Origin: an uncultured Actinomycetota bacterium
GTDB lineage: Bacteria > Actinomycetota > Actinomycetes > JAHEKZ01
DNA: 64,000 nucleotides
Direction of reading: 5' to 3'
Assembly (NCBI GenBank): GCA_963829525.1
Contig: CAWHIJ010000003.1
Span: 576,001-640,000 of the forward strand
Part shown: positions 1-10,376 of the stretch, piece after piece
Layout: every line of letters begins with the position of its first letter
Numbering within the stretch: the first letter of the stretch is position 1
Notes under the pieces: generated by a model
What the model was told of the DNA's origin: nothing
Database searches by the model: none
The model's input: only the letters and a program-made list of their open reading frames with translations
Program-made: the position numbers and the translations under genes

Positions 1-2536
1 CCTTGTCGGCTGCGTCGACAAGCAGAAGAACAAGGGGGGCTACAGCCGCAACAGCCCAGCCAATCGCCGTTGGCGATGCTTGCCCGAGCAGGCTGGCCAG
101 CGGTGGAATGAAGACCATTGCTAGCGCGATGCCCAGCGCAATCAGGACGGACCAGATCAGCATCGGGTTCGTGAACAGTCCGAGGTGACCAATGGTCAGT
201 GTGCTGCTCCGGCAGGCCAGCGCATTTCCCATCTGTGCTGCCACCACGGTGATGAAGTATGCACCGGATGCCTGCGCGAGTAAGCCCGCGTCCGGTGGCG
301 TCCCCCAGTCCCAACCACCGGCCATCAGAACCGCGACGAACGCGAACATGGCAATCAATGCCTCGGTAGGTCCGAGCAGTGCGAACGAACGCCAGGCGAC
401 TGTGCGGCTTAGCAGTCGCCCGGATACCGGCGGACGTTGCATGACGCGACCATGCGGTCGCTCGCCACCGAGGGCGACGGCTGTCAGGGTGTCAGTAGCC
501 AGGTCGAGAGCCAGGATCTGGAGAACCCCGAGTGCCAATGGGAACGATCCGCCGGAGAGCGCCCAAACCACAAGAGGAAAGAGCTCAGCGACGTTGTCGG
601 TCAGGTGGTACGTCAGGAAGCGTCGGACATTGAGGAAGGTGCCCCGCCCCTGCTCGACTGTCGCGACGATGGTGGTGAAATCGTCATCGAGCAGCACCAG
701 GTCGGATGCATCGCGGGCCACATCGCTGCCACTCTCACCCATCGCAATGCCGATGTCAGCCTCTTGAAGGGCTGGCCCATCGTTCACTCCATCACCGGTC
801 ATTGCGACGACATGCGCGCGTGCCTGCAGCGCTCTCGCGATGCGGAGTTTTTGTTCCGGGGCAACCCTGGCGATCACGACCCCGTCGTGGTCGATCAACT
901 CGCCGAGAGGTCCATCATCATCAGGAAGGTCGGCCCCGGAGAGCACGCGTTCCTGGCCAAGGGACAGGCCTACCTGCTTGGCAATGGCTGCTGCGGTAGC
1001 AGGGTGGTCGCCAGTGATCATGGCTACGCGGATTCCCGCGTCTCGACAGGCCTGGAGTGCTCCGCGGGCACTGGGCCGAGCGGGGTCGGAGAGGCCAATC
1101 AGCCCAAGCAGGGTGAGGTCGAGCTCGGCCTCTGCCGCGTTTGTCGGCTTATCCCCCAGGACGCGGCGTGATCCGACGGCAAGGACGCGTAATCCAGCAG
1201 ACGCCATGGTTTGCGCCACCTTGTCGACCTCAGCGACGTCGACATCGACACAGAGCGGGAGCACTGTGTCAGCCGCACCCTTGACGTAGACGTCGTCGCC
1301 GTTGAGTACCGACATGCGCCGCCGCCGTGGGTCGAAGGGGAACACTCGAGTGGGTGGGCCCGGCTGAACGAGGTCGAGACGGTAAGTAAGTGTGTCGATA
1401 GCGGCTTCCATCGGATCGCCCTGGGGAACCCATTTGCCGTCTGTCTTGACCGCGCGGCCACTAGAGCAAGCGTACGCAGCGAGGGCGACTGGCTGTGCTG
1501 CAATGCGTGCTGCCTCGTCACCGGAGATAGTTGCCGTTGGTTCGTAGCCGTCCCCCTCAATTCTCAGTGTTCCGACTGGCGTCCATACCTCAACTACCTG
1601 CATCTGGTTACGGGTCAGCGTCCCGGTCTTGTCGGTGCAGATGAAGGTGACCGATCCGAGCGTCTCCACCGATTCAAGGTGTCGCACAACAGCGTGACGC
1701 TTGGCGATTCGCTGCGCGCCCAAGGCCAACGACAGCGTCACGGTGGGAAGGAGGGCCTCAGGAACAAGCGCTACCGTCACTCCGATTGCGAAGGTGACGG
1801 CGTTCTGCAGATCTGTGTGGGCGACAAGAGCGATGACCAAGAAGGCGACTCCGGTCGAGATCGCTATGGCTGAGATCGTGCGTACAACGCGCTTCATCTC
1901 CAGCGCAAGGGGGCTCGTCGGTCTCACCACCGAGCGGGTGAGGTCGGCGAGCCCGGCCAGACGTGTGTGGACGCCGACGGCGGTGACCTGGATCATCGCC
2001 TCGCCCTGAACGACGAAGGTGCCACCGGTGACGTCAGCGCCGACATCGAGCGTGACGGGGACGCTCTCCCCCGTAATCAGCGAGGTATTCACTTCCAGAG
2101 CCTGCGCATCGACGACGACGGCATCGGCGGGGATTCGGTCTCCGGCCGTGAGCACGGCGATGTCATCGACGACGAGCTCGCCCGCATCTAGCTGGCGCTG
2201 CTTGCCGTCGCGCCGAACCAGCACGGTTCGCGGCACCATATCCTGCATCGAGGCCGCCGCGTGCTCAGCCTTTCGTTCCTGAGCAAATGCGAAGACGGCG
2301 TTGATGACGACGACAAGGGCAATCGCCACAGACAGTTCAGGCATGCCGGCGAGGAGAGCCAACCCGGCGGCACCCCAGAGGAGTGCCGCGAAGAAGTGGG
2401 TGAGCTCGGCGAGCAACCGCCGCCAGGCGGGGGTTGGCTTCGCCGGGGGTAGTCGGTTGTCACCGAACTGGGCGCGTCGGTCTACGACCTCTTGGTCGGT
2501 GAGGCCCCGCAGCAGTTCGTCACGGACTAACGGCAC
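1..2536 (-). CDS. Cation-transporting P-type ATPase (type II-like), 3' end runs off the window
   Basis: Absent from the ORF track; translated by hand from GTG at 2536. In-frame TGES, PEAL, DKTGTLT (Asp codon 1631-1633), MITGDH and MTGDGVND motifs. Confidence 0.92.
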   Translation of the reverse strand, partial: MPLVRDELLRGLTDQEVVDRRAQFGDNRLPPAKPTPAWRRLLAELTHFFAALLWGAAGLALLAGMPELSVAIALVVVINAVFAFAQERKAEHAAASMQDMVPRTVLVRRDGKQRQLDAGELVVDDIAVLTAGDRIPADAVVVDAQALEVNTSLITGESVPVTLDVGADVTGGTFVVQGEAMIQVTAVGVHTRLAGLADLTRSVVRPTSPLALEMKRVVRTISAIAISTGVAFLVIALVAHTDLQNAVTFAIGVTVALVPEALLPTVTLSLALGAQRIAKRHAVVRHLESVETLGSVTFICTDKTGTLTRNQMQVVEVWTPVGTLRIEGDGYEPTATISGDEAARIAAQPVALAAYACSSGRAVKTDGKWVPQGDPMEAAIDTLTYRLDLVQPGPPTRVFPFDPRRRRMSVLNGDDVYVKGAADTVLPLCVDVDVAEVDKVAQTMASAGLRVLAVGSRRVLGDKPTNAAEAELDLTLLGLIGLSDPARPSARGALQACRDAGIRVAMITGDHPATAAAIAKQVGLSLGQERVLSGADLPDDDGPLGELIDHDGVVIARVAPEQKLRIARALQARAHVVAMTGDGVNDGPALQEADIGIAMGESGSDVARDASDLVLLDDDFTTIVATVEQGRGTFLNVRRFLTYHLTDNVAELFPLVVWALSGGSFPLALGVLQILALDLATDTLTAVALGGERPHGRVMQRPPVSGRLLSRTVAWRSFALLGPTEALIAMFAFVAVLMAGGWDWGTPPDAGLLAQASGAYFITVVAAQMGNALACRSSTLTIGHLGLFTNPMLIWSVLIALGIALAMVFIPPLASLLGQASPTAIGWAVAAVAPLVLLLVDAADK

Positions 2537-2589
2537 GCTGTCACTCTGCGCCAGTCATGGCTGCTGGGCCAGGGGCTTCGCTCCTTGAC

Positions 2590-3606
2590 TTACGCCCATT
2601 TGATGCCGTCGATCGCAGGCCGGGCGCCCTTGGTCTGCAGCAGCCACCAGAAGGATCCGAGGGAAGCGGGGTCGAGGAGCTCAGCGGCATGCGAGGCGCG
2701 CGAGAGGCCATCGATGTACCCCATGGGATTGCTATGTGCAAAGGCGATGGGCGGTCGTCTCGTAGCCAGACCGAGAGCGCGCAAGGCGTCAGACTGGGAG
2801 ACCAGAGCCGAAGAATCGGCGCCGGCATCGGCGCCGGCCTGCTGGCATGCGTCCATCGCAACGTGCGCGGTGATGTCACACGATCCATCGGGGACCGGGG
2901 CCACCTGGCGACCATCTCGGTAGCCGGTAACGGTTCCAGTTGGGTACCTGCCTGCTGTCCGATCATCTCGAAGGTGGCCGTAGTCGATGGCGACGGCGAG
3001 CCCACCGCTGAGACTGTCCATGATCTGCGCCCAGGCTTGGTCTCGGGTCCAGCCAACCTCGACCCGGTCTCCGGGCCTGTTGACCGGCCACCAACGCTTG
3101 ATCCAGCGTCGTTGCTTGTCGTCGACTGCTGGCCCGATCTTCTCCTCGGCTGTGACGGGGTCAACCAGAACTTGTCGCAGGAAACCACCTTCGGCGACCT
3201 CGACCACGTCACACGGGACGTTGTCGAGGTACTCGTGGGCGATGACGAGCCCGGTGACACCGCTCGGGAGGACTTCCGTCCAGCGAACCTGCGCCTGAAG
3301 CTCAGGCGGGCGGGGCCGGATCTCAACGGCGACCGGGTCGACGCGACCAGCAAGATCGGCGGGGAGCTCTCTCAGCAGTTCACGCATCAGCGCGCCGTCG
3401 CCTGCGCCCATGTCCACGATGTCGAGGCGTACAGGGCTACCGAGAGCCAGATCCACTGCGACGACAAGCGGCACGATCGACTCAGCTAGGAGCGGGGATG
3501 CGCTGACGCTGGTGCGGAAGTGCGCGTCGGGGGAGTTGTTCCTGTAGAAGCCGCCGGGACCGTACAAGGCCGCAGCAATGGCGTCCGACCAGGTGACTGC
3601 TGTCAC
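2590..3606 (-). CDS. SAM-dependent methyltransferase, MidA/NDUFAF7 family
   Basis: LYGPGGFY, HFRTS, DMGAGDG SAM-binding loop, HEYLDNVP, IDYG and DITAHV motifs. Confidence 0.85.
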   Translation of the reverse strand: MTAVTWSDAIAAALYGPGGFYRNNSPDAHFRTSVSASPLLAESIVPLVVAVDLALGSPVRLDIVDMGAGDGALMRELLRELPADLAGRVDPVAVEIRPRPPELQAQVRWTEVLPSGVTGLVIAHEYLDNVPCDVVEVAEGGFLRQVLVDPVTAEEKIGPAVDDKQRRWIKRWWPVNRPGDRVEVGWTRDQAWAQIMDSLSGGLAVAIDYGHLRDDRTAGRYPTGTVTGYRDGRQVAPVPDGSCDITAHVAMDACQQAGADAGADSSALVSQSDALRALGLATRRPPIAFAHSNPMGYIDGLSRASHAAELLDPASLGSFWWLLQTKGARPAIDGIKWA

Positions 3607-3850
3607 GGGCCCTCTTCCCAGTTTACGGGTGTCGTCACGCCGGTTTCCCAGCCGATGCGGAGGATGCCGTAGCCGATGCTGTCGTGGCGCGTGCCGCTCT
3701 CGGACGGGGGAAGGTCGGTTCCATGCGGCCAGGCTAACTGGCTTGAGGTGGAGCTCTCCGGTGTCGAGTCCTGCCTTGAAACGGACTCAGTGCCCACCCA
3801 CTACGCTGAACTCACCCTCGTCCGGTACCCGCAAAGGACTGGAACGCATC

Positions 3851-4768
3851 GTGACCTCAGATCTGCAGCCTGCCACCGCTCCGACCCGACCGGGTCGGCT
3901 CAGTGTCGGGGTCATTGGCTCGGGCCGCGTGGGGGCTGTGCTCGGAGCCGCACTGGCTCGGGTGGGACACCGTCCGATAGCTGCGTCTGCCGTCTCGGAC
4001 GTCTCTCGATCGCGCGCTGAGACCCTGCTCCCGGACGCCGCAGTTGTGTCGCCTCCTGAGGTGTGTGCCGCAGCCGACCTCGTACTCGTCACTGTTCCGG
4101 ATGACCAGTTGCCCGGGCTCATTGATGGATTGGCCGCCGTCGGTGCCTGGCGGCCCGGGCAGATCGTGGTGCACACCAGCGGCCGGTATGGGATCGGCGT
4201 TTTGGAGCCAGCTCAGCGCATGGGCGCCGTCCCGCTCGCGCTTCATCCGGTGATGACCTTCACGGGTACCTCGATCGACATCGACCGACTTGTCGGTGCC
4301 TCGTTCGGCGTTACTGCGCCGGCTGCATTTCTGCCGGTGGCGGACGCCCTGGTTCTAGAGATGGAGGCCGAGCCCGTCCACGTCGACGAGGATGCTCGTC
4401 CGCTCTACCACGCGGCGTTGGCGCACGCGTCCAACCACCTGGTGACCCTGGTGGCATCCAGTGCTGACCTTCTCGAAGCTGCCGGCGTTGACGATCCGCG
4501 CAAGGTTCTTCACCCACTCGTCAGCGCTGCGTTAGACAATGTGCTGCGCCTCGGCGACCAGGCGCTCACCGGACCCGTGATGCGTGGCGATGCAGCAACG
4601 GTGGCGCGCCACATCGACGAGATCGGCAATGTCTCCCCTCAAACGGCGGACCTCTACGTCGCGCTGGCGCGCGTGACTGCGCGTCGGGCCCGAGATGCTG
4701 GGTTGCTGAGCGAGGTCGACGCCGATTCCGTGCTGGACGCCATCGAAGGCACGGGGGACGAACGATGA
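3851..4768 (+). CDS. Rossmann-like + DUF2520 oxidoreductase (PanG-like putative ketopantoate reductase)
   Basis: GVIGSGRVG Rossmann motif, [31 protein letters not shown]; coupled to panC. Start moved to GTG 3851. Confidence 0.85.
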   Translation: MTSDLQPATAPTRPGRLSVGVIGSGRVGAVLGAALARVGHRPIAASAVSDVSRSRAETLLPDAAVVSPPEVCAAADLVLVTVPDDQLPGLIDGLAAVGAWRPGQIVVHTSGRYGIGVLEPAQRMGAVPLALHPVMTFTGTSIDIDRLVGASFGVTAPAAFLPVADALVLEMEAEPVHVDEDARPLYHAALAHASNHLVTLVASSADLLEAAGVDDPRKVLHPLVSAALDNVLRLGDQALTGPVMRGDAATVARHIDEIGNVSPQTADLYVALARVTARRARDAGLLSEVDADSVLDAIEGTGDER

Positions 4769-5640
4769 CGACGGTGGCCCGAACCCGTGCCGACCTGGCG
4801 TCGACACGAGCAGAATGGGTGGCTGCCCGTGATTCGGTCGCGGTGGTGATGACCATGGGCGCGCTCCACGCTGGCCACGCGGAACTCATCAGACGTGCTC
4901 GTGAACGAAACGATCGAGTGATCGTTACTGACTTCCTCAACCCGTTGCAGTTTGCGCCAGGAGAGGACCTCGACAAGTACCCGAGGACGTTCGCCGCCGA
5001 TCTTGAACTGTGCCGTGCCGAGGGGGTCGACCTGCTCTTTGCGCCGGGGCCGTCCGAGGTTTACCCCGTAGGCGACCCTGTGGTGCGGGTAGCCGCCGGA
5101 CGCATTGGCGACCTGCTGGAAGGGGAGTCGCGGCCGGGTCACTTTGATGGCGTACTGACTGTCGTCGCCAAGCTGTTGAACCTCACCGCCCCCCATCGGG
5201 CCTACTTCGGCCAGAAGGACGCCCAACAGCTGTGGCTGATATCACAGATGGTGCGCGACCTCGATTTCGGTGTCGAAATCATCGAGGTGCCCACGGTTCG
5301 CGACCAGGATGGCCTGGCGCTGTCGAGCCGAAACATCTACTTGGTCGACGCCGACCGGTTGCAGGCGCTCGCCCTGCACGAGGCACTTGAGGCGGGGGCT
5401 GCTGCGGCTGCCGGTGGGCCTACGGCCGCCATCGAGGCGGCGCGGGCGCACCTGTCAGAGGCCGGCGTGAAGGTCGACTATGTGTCCCTGGTGAACCCCC
5501 AGAGTTTCGAACTGATGCAGGGAAGCGGTCCGGCGCTTCTTGTCGTTGCTGCCCACGTCGGTTCAACGCGGCTGATCGACAACGTCCGGTTGTGCGTTGG
5601 CACGGGGGAGATGGGTGGGCGACATGCTGTTGACGATTGA
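4765..5640 (+). CDS. panC: Pantoate--beta-alanine ligase
   Basis: [42 protein letters not shown]. Confidence 0.97.
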   Translation: MTTVARTRADLASTRAEWVAARDSVAVVMTMGALHAGHAELIRRARERNDRVIVTDFLNPLQFAPGEDLDKYPRTFAADLELCRAEGVDLLFAPGPSEVYPVGDPVVRVAAGRIGDLLEGESRPGHFDGVLTVVAKLLNLTAPHRAYFGQKDAQQLWLISQMVRDLDFGVEIIEVPTVRDQDGLALSSRNIYLVDADRLQALALHEALEAGAAAAAGGPTAAIEAARAHLSEAGVKVDYVSLVNPQSFELMQGSGPALLVVAAHVGSTRLIDNVRLCVGTGEMGGRHAVDD

Positions 5641-6400
5641 CATCGGGAACACGCAGACGGTTCTCGGGCTCTTCCAGGAGGATAACCTCGATCATACGTG
5701 GCGAATCGCGACGTATGACACAAGAACTGCTGACGAGCTCGCCGTGCTGATCACGTCGTTGCTCGCGCAGCATGGCGATGGAACCAAGGTCACCGGTATC
5801 GCCTTGTGCTCCACCGTGCCTGTGGCGCTCCATGAAATGCGACAGATGTGCACGCGCTACTACGGTGAGATTCCCGTCGTCGTGGTTGAACCAGGTGTGC
5901 GCACTGGTGTCCCGATTCTGACCGACAATCCGAAAGAGGTCGGCAGCGACCGAATCGTCAACTCGTTGGCTGCAGCGACGTTGTTCGGCGGCCCGGCGAT
6001 CGTGGTCGACTTCGGCACCGCCACCACATTTGATGCGGTCTCGGCCAAGGGCGAGTACCTCGGTGGGGCGATCGCACCGGGAGTGGAGATCTCGGTGGAT
6101 GCCCTTGGCGCCCGCGGTGCCCAGCTGCGCAAGGTGGAGTTGGCGCGACCACGTTCGGTCGTGGGTCGTAACACCGTTGAAGCGCTGCAATCGGGGATTC
6201 TTTACGGCTTCGCCGGTCAGGTGGATGGGATCGTGCACCGAATGACCGCGGAATTGGCCGACGATGCTGACACCGTCACGGTCATCGCCACCGGGGGGTT
6301 GGCACCCTTGGTGATTGGCGAGTCCGAGGCTATCGACGAGTACGACCCCTGGCTGACGCTGCGCGGCCTCAAACTCGTCTTCGAGCGCAACACCGACTAA
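5624..6400 (+). CDS. coaX: Type III pantothenate kinase
   Basis: [37 protein letters not shown]; ATG at 5624. Confidence 0.96.
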   Translation: MLLTIDIGNTQTVLGLFQEDNLDHTWRIATYDTRTADELAVLITSLLAQHGDGTKVTGIALCSTVPVALHEMRQMCTRYYGEIPVVVVEPGVRTGVPILTDNPKEVGSDRIVNSLAAATLFGGPAIVVDFGTATTFDAVSAKGEYLGGAIAPGVEISVDALGARGAQLRKVELARPRSVVGRNTVEALQSGILYGFAGQVDGIVHRMTAELADDADTVTVIATGGLAPLVIGESEAIDEYDPWLTLRGLKLVFERNTD

Positions 6401-6524
6401 CGGCCCGCGGAGTGAAGGCTTTCGACCTCGCGCGAGTCGAGTGGCCAACACCACTTGCAGCGAACCGTCCTGAGGACGTTAGTCGAGCGCTCGGCGGGCT
6501 GGAGAGATCGGTAGCCTTGCGCGT

Positions 6525-8072
6525 ATGACCCTTGGCCCTGTCGACGATGCTGGAGCTGTTCCCGACACTGCATCTGATCCGGCTGCCGCTGCGCGCTCGG
6601 AGCAAGAGCAAGTTCGCCGACAGAAGCTGGCACGGATGCGAGCCGAGGGCAACGATCCTTATGCCTTTGGCTACCCGAGGACGACAGATGCCACGACGCT
6701 CAGAGCCCGCTTCGCCGACCTTGTGGCCGACACGTTCACCGGCGAGGAAGTTGGGGTTGCCGGGCGAGTGGTACTCAATCGGGTCAGCGGCAAGATCATC
6801 TTTGCGACATTGCGGGACGCGGCGGCCGACCTTCAGGTGATGCTCACCCTCGATGGCAGCGGGCAAGAGCTTCTCGACCGCTGGAAGAACGACGTCGACC
6901 TCGGAGACCACGTTGGGGTCACCGGCGAGGTCATCACCTCCAAGCGCGGCGAGCTGAGCGTCTTGGCGTCGGACTTCCAGGTCACCAGCAAGTGCCTGCA
7001 CCCGCTGCCGGAAAAGCACGCTGGTCTCACAGATCCCGAGGCCCGTGTTCGCCAGCGCTACGTCGACCTCATCGTGCGCCAGGAGGCGCGAGACATGGTC
7101 TACCTGCGTTCGGGTGTTGTGCGGTCACTGCGCGAGACGCTGCAGGGGAACGGCTACATCGAGGCCGAGACGCCGATGCTCCAGGTCATGCACGGCGGCG
7201 CGAACGCGCGTCCGTTCGTCACCCACATCAACGCCTACGACATGCCGCTGTACCTGCGTATCGCTCCTGAGCTCTACCTCAAGCGGCTTCTGGTGGGCGG
7301 TGTCGATCGGGTTTTCGAGATCAACCGGAACTTCCGGAACGAGGGTGCTGACTCCTCGCACAACCCGGAGTTCACGATGCTCGAGATGTACGAGGCTTAT
7401 GGCGACTACGACACCATGCGCCTGCTCACCCAGCAGCTGGTCCAGAACGCCGCCATCGATGTCTTCGGTGAGGCGGTGGCCAGGCGTGCTACGTCGGACG
7501 GATCAATTGAGGAGTTCGACCTCGCTGGTGACTGGCCCGTCAAGACAATGATCGGCGCGCTCTCCGAAGCTCTCGGCGAGGAGGTCGACCTTGATACCCC
7601 GCTGGAGGTGCTGCGCAGGTACTGCGAGCGGTTCGAGATCGACGAGCCCGACGATGCTTCGGTCGGCATGCTGCTCGAAGAGCTGTACGTCGGACTGGTC
7701 GAGAGCAAGACGACGACGCCGGTCTTCTACAAGGACTTCCCGAAGGAGAACGCGCCGCTCACCCGCGTCCACCGAGACGATCCCCGCCTCACGGAGAAGT
7801 GGGACCTCGTCGGATGGGGCGCTGAAATGGGTACCGGCTACTCCGAGCTCATCGACCCCCTCGACCAGCGTGAGCGGTTCCTTGCCCAGGCAGCTCGTGC
7901 CGAGCGTGGAGACGACGAGGCAATGCAACTGGACGAGGACTTCCTTCGTGCCCTCGAGCACGGGATGCCACCCGCTGGCGGTCAGGGGATGGGAATCGAT
8001 CGTCTGGTGATGACGCTCACGGGCCTGGGCGTCCGCGACACGATCCTCTTTCCCCTGGTGAAACCAGAGTGA
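6525..8072 (+). CDS. lysS: Lysine--tRNA ligase (class II)
   Basis: OB-fold N-terminus, RQRYVDL, GGANARPF, YLRIAPELYLKRL, FRNEG, HNPEFTMLE, GMGIDRL. Confidence 0.98.
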   Translation: MTLGPVDDAGAVPDTASDPAAAARSEQEQVRRQKLARMRAEGNDPYAFGYPRTTDATTLRARFADLVADTFTGEEVGVAGRVVLNRVSGKIIFATLRDAAADLQVMLTLDGSGQELLDRWKNDVDLGDHVGVTGEVITSKRGELSVLASDFQVTSKCLHPLPEKHAGLTDPEARVRQRYVDLIVRQEARDMVYLRSGVVRSLRETLQGNGYIEAETPMLQVMHGGANARPFVTHINAYDMPLYLRIAPELYLKRLLVGGVDRVFEINRNFRNEGADSSHNPEFTMLEMYEAYGDYDTMRLLTQQLVQNAAIDVFGEAVARRATSDGSIEEFDLAGDWPVKTMIGALSEALGEEVDLDTPLEVLRRYCERFEIDEPDDASVGMLLEELYVGLVESKTTTPVFYKDFPKENAPLTRVHRDDPRLTEKWDLVGWGAEMGTGYSELIDPLDQRERFLAQAARAERGDDEAMQLDEDFLRALEHGMPPAGGQGMGIDRLVMTLTGLGVRDTILFPLVKPE

Positions 8073-8575
8073 GCGCTACGTCGGTAGAGATCCGCGAGGC
8101 TCGCACAGGGGACGTCCGCACCATTCGGCACCTCGTTGACACCTATGCAGCCGACCGCATACTCCTCTCGAAGGCGACCGTCACCCTCTTTGAGGATGTC
8201 CAGGAGTTCTACGTCGCCGAGGTTGACGGTGCGGTCGTCGGCTGTGGTGCGCTGCACGTGCTCTGGGAGGACCTCGCCGAGGTTCGGACCCTGGCGGTCG
8301 ACCACAACTATCGCGGACACGGGATCGGTGACTTGCTGCTCCGCCGCCTGTTGCAGCAGGCGCGACACGTGGGGGTGGCCAGAGTCTTCTGTCTCACCTT
8401 CGAGGTGGAGTTCTTCAGCCGACACGGCTTCGCCGAGATCGACGGAGCCCCGGTGTCACACGAGGTCTTCGAGCAGCTGCTTGAGTCCTATGACGAAGGT
8501 GTTGCTGAGTTCCTCGGCTTGGAGCGCGTCAAGCCGAACACCCTTGGCAACGCTCGCATGCTGCTGGTTCTCTGA
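8069..8575 (+). CDS. Amino-acid N-acetyltransferase (short ArgA-type GNAT)
   Basis: GCGALHVLWEDLAEVRTLAV, RGHGIG, FCLTFEVEFF; usual position between lysS and lsr2. Confidence 0.85.
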   Translation: MSATSVEIREARTGDVRTIRHLVDTYAADRILLSKATVTLFEDVQEFYVAEVDGAVVGCGALHVLWEDLAEVRTLAVDHNYRGHGIGDLLLRRLLQQARHVGVARVFCLTFEVEFFSRHGFAEIDGAPVSHEVFEQLLESYDEGVAEFLGLERVKPNTLGNARMLLVL

Positions 8576-8579
8576 CCCG

Positions 8580-9065
8580 TTAGTCCTCGTCGAGTGCGAC
8601 CGGTACCAGCTGCTTCTGGTACGCCCGAAGATCTGGCGGCGACTCTTCGAACGGTTGGACGTGCACGTAGCCGCTGGTCTCGAAAAGCAGGATGGCCTGG
8701 GAAAGGGCGTCGTAGACCTCGATGCGGATGAAGTCGAACCCCGCGACGGCGCCGGCGCCCTCAAGGGCTGAGAGCAGGCGGCGGCCGATGCCGCGGCCGC
8801 GCATCACGGGGTTGACCCAGAGCCGACGGATCTGCCCGATCTTGGACCCGACCTGGCGAAGCGACCCGCAGCCGACCACATTGTCACGGTCATCGAGTGC
8901 AACGACGAAGAAGCTTCGCCCTGAGTCGTCGCGGGCCTCTTGGGCGACATCGATCTCAAGAACATCGGCGCCGACGAGCTCGACCATCTCGTTGAGGAAC
9001 TGGTTGATAGCCGCCTGGCTGCGGGGGTCAGTGGGATCAAGCGCCTCAACGCGGACCGATGTCAT
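8580..9065 (-). CDS. GNAT family N-acetyltransferase
   Basis: VGCGSL, IRRLWVNPVMRGRGIGRRLL acetyl-CoA motif A. Confidence 0.8.
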   Translation of the reverse strand: MTSVRVEALDPTDPRSQAAINQFLNEMVELVGADVLEIDVAQEARDDSGRSFFVVALDDRDNVVGCGSLRQVGSKIGQIRRLWVNPVMRGRGIGRRLLSALEGAGAVAGFDFIRIEVYDALSQAILLFETSGYVHVQPFEESPPDLRAYQKQLVPVALDED

Positions 9066-9152
9066 GCGTGAAACCCTATTCCCTAGGCAGGCATCGGACG
9101 TCAAGGGCACGCCAATGACGAAATTGGCAGGTAGCGACGAGAATGAACAGGC

Positions 9153-9644
9153 TCAGATGGGGCAATCGAGCCAGACGCGGTCGCGCAGCTCGATGCCGTC
9201 GATGACGATCGGCCCCGGATAGCCGGTCGCGGCAGTGAACGCATCGCGGTCTACGGTGCGCATCCGAAAGCCCTGACGTTGGTAGAACCGGAGGTTTCCG
9301 ACATCTGCAGCAGCGGTTGCAACGACCATGCGGGTGGCGCCAGCAGCGCGTGCGGCGTCGAGAGCGGCCGCTACCAGCGCCTTGCCGATCCCCCTGCCTC
9401 GTAGCGGCTCGATGACGCCCATGTTCTTGATCTCGGCCTCTGCCGCATCGTGGGGCACGATCAGCTGAAGGTGGCCGACGAGCGCGCCGGCCGTCTCGGC
9501 GACGAGGACGATGCCATCATCGAGGTAGGTGTCGAGGGCAGAAGCTGAGTCCTCGGCCAGCTCGAACAGGTGGCGGAGTGCGCGACGGCTCCCGGAGTAC
9601 GGCCCGATGGCGACGGCATCTCTGGCTTTGTGGCCCTCTGACAC
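9153..9644 (-). CDS. GNAT family N-acetyltransferase
   Basis: EIKNMGV, RGRGIGKALV, NLRFYQRQGF. Confidence 0.85.
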   Translation of the reverse strand: MSEGHKARDAVAIGPYSGSRRALRHLFELAEDSASALDTYLDDGIVLVAETAGALVGHLQLIVPHDAAEAEIKNMGVIEPLRGRGIGKALVAAALDAARAAGATRMVVATAAADVGNLRFYQRQGFRMRTVDRDAFTAATGYPGPIVIDGIELRDRVWLDCPI

Positions 9645-9695
9645 GACACCAGTCTGTCAGGCATTTCCCTCTGAGTTGCGCTGCTGATCGGTGGG

Positions 9696-9704
9696 TTATC
9701 CACA
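9696..9704 (+). promoter_or_regulatory. DnaA-box match in the AT-rich lsr2 upstream region
   Basis: Exact TTATCCACA; a single copy, could be chance. Confidence 0.35.
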
Positions 9705-9820
9705 AGAACCGCAGAAAGTGCAGGTAATGCGGTGTGAAATGATGAATTACGGTTGTCGCGAATACCTTCAAATCCGCGGTTGAGAATGCCGCGGCAAATC
9801 CTTGAAATAGGGAGCCACGA

Positions 9821-10141
9821 ATGGCGCAGAAAGTCCAGGTCGTCCTGATCGACGACATCGACGGTGGCCCAGCTGACGAGACGCTGCGGTTCGCCTTCGA
9901 TGGCACCTCCTATGAGATCGACCTGTCGGCTGCCAACGCGGCTCGCTTCAGAAATGCCGTTGCCGAGTTCGTTGGCCATGCCCGCAAGACGCCTGGTCGG
10001 TCTGGCGCTCGACGTCCGCGCAGTGCCAGTGGTGGAAAGAGCGCGGAAATCCGGGCCTGGGCCAGGGGGCAGGGGCTGGCCGTCAACGAGCGTGGCCGGA
10101 TTCCGGCGGATCTGGCCGCGAAGTTCGAGGCATCCCAGTAG
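9821..10141 (+). CDS. lsr2: Nucleoid-associated protein Lsr2
   Basis: MAQKVQVVLIDDIDG, YEIDLS, IRAWAR, RGRIP AT-hook. Confidence 0.97.
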   Translation: MAQKVQVVLIDDIDGGPADETLRFAFDGTSYEIDLSAANAARFRNAVAEFVGHARKTPGRSGARRPRSASGGKSAEIRAWARGQGLAVNERGRIPADLAAKFEASQ

Positions 10142-10166
10142 GGCCTGGCCGCCTCGAGCGACAATC

Positions 10167-10180
10167 GTTCGCTGATGGCG
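10167..10180 (+). promoter_or_regulatory. Putative ClgR binding site upstream of clpC
   Basis: GTTCGC-N5-GCG (GTTCGCTGATGGCG); further GTTCGC half-matches near 10253 and 10280. Confidence 0.6.
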
Positions 10181-10202
10181 TAGGAACACCCCTTCGCCCT
10201 AC

Positions 10203-10228
10203 GGAACGCCAGGTCAGCAGCCGACGTT
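10203..10228 (+). promoter_or_regulatory. SigR/SigH-type promoter for clpC
   Basis: GGAAC-N18-GTT with exact spacing. Confidence 0.65.
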
Positions 10229-10376
10229 CAAGAGAGAACACTGTTGCGAGTGGGTTCGCCCGCGGTGGAGAACGAGAAGGGTTCGCTCTCCGGGGTTAGC
10301 ATGCGGGCAGGCCTACGCACTGCAGGAGCGGGCACGTCCCGTGCCGTACGCGGACCACCCAGAAGGAGACGCGAAG

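Noticed and set aside
3-2588. Many plus-strand ORFs in the track
   Set aside because: Antisense shadows of the minus-strand P-type ATPase.
3603-3797. 64-aa ORF overlapping the methyltransferase start by GTGA
   Set aside because: No recognisable family or RBS, and it spans the likely divergent promoters (TAAACT, TACGCT); not fully excluded.
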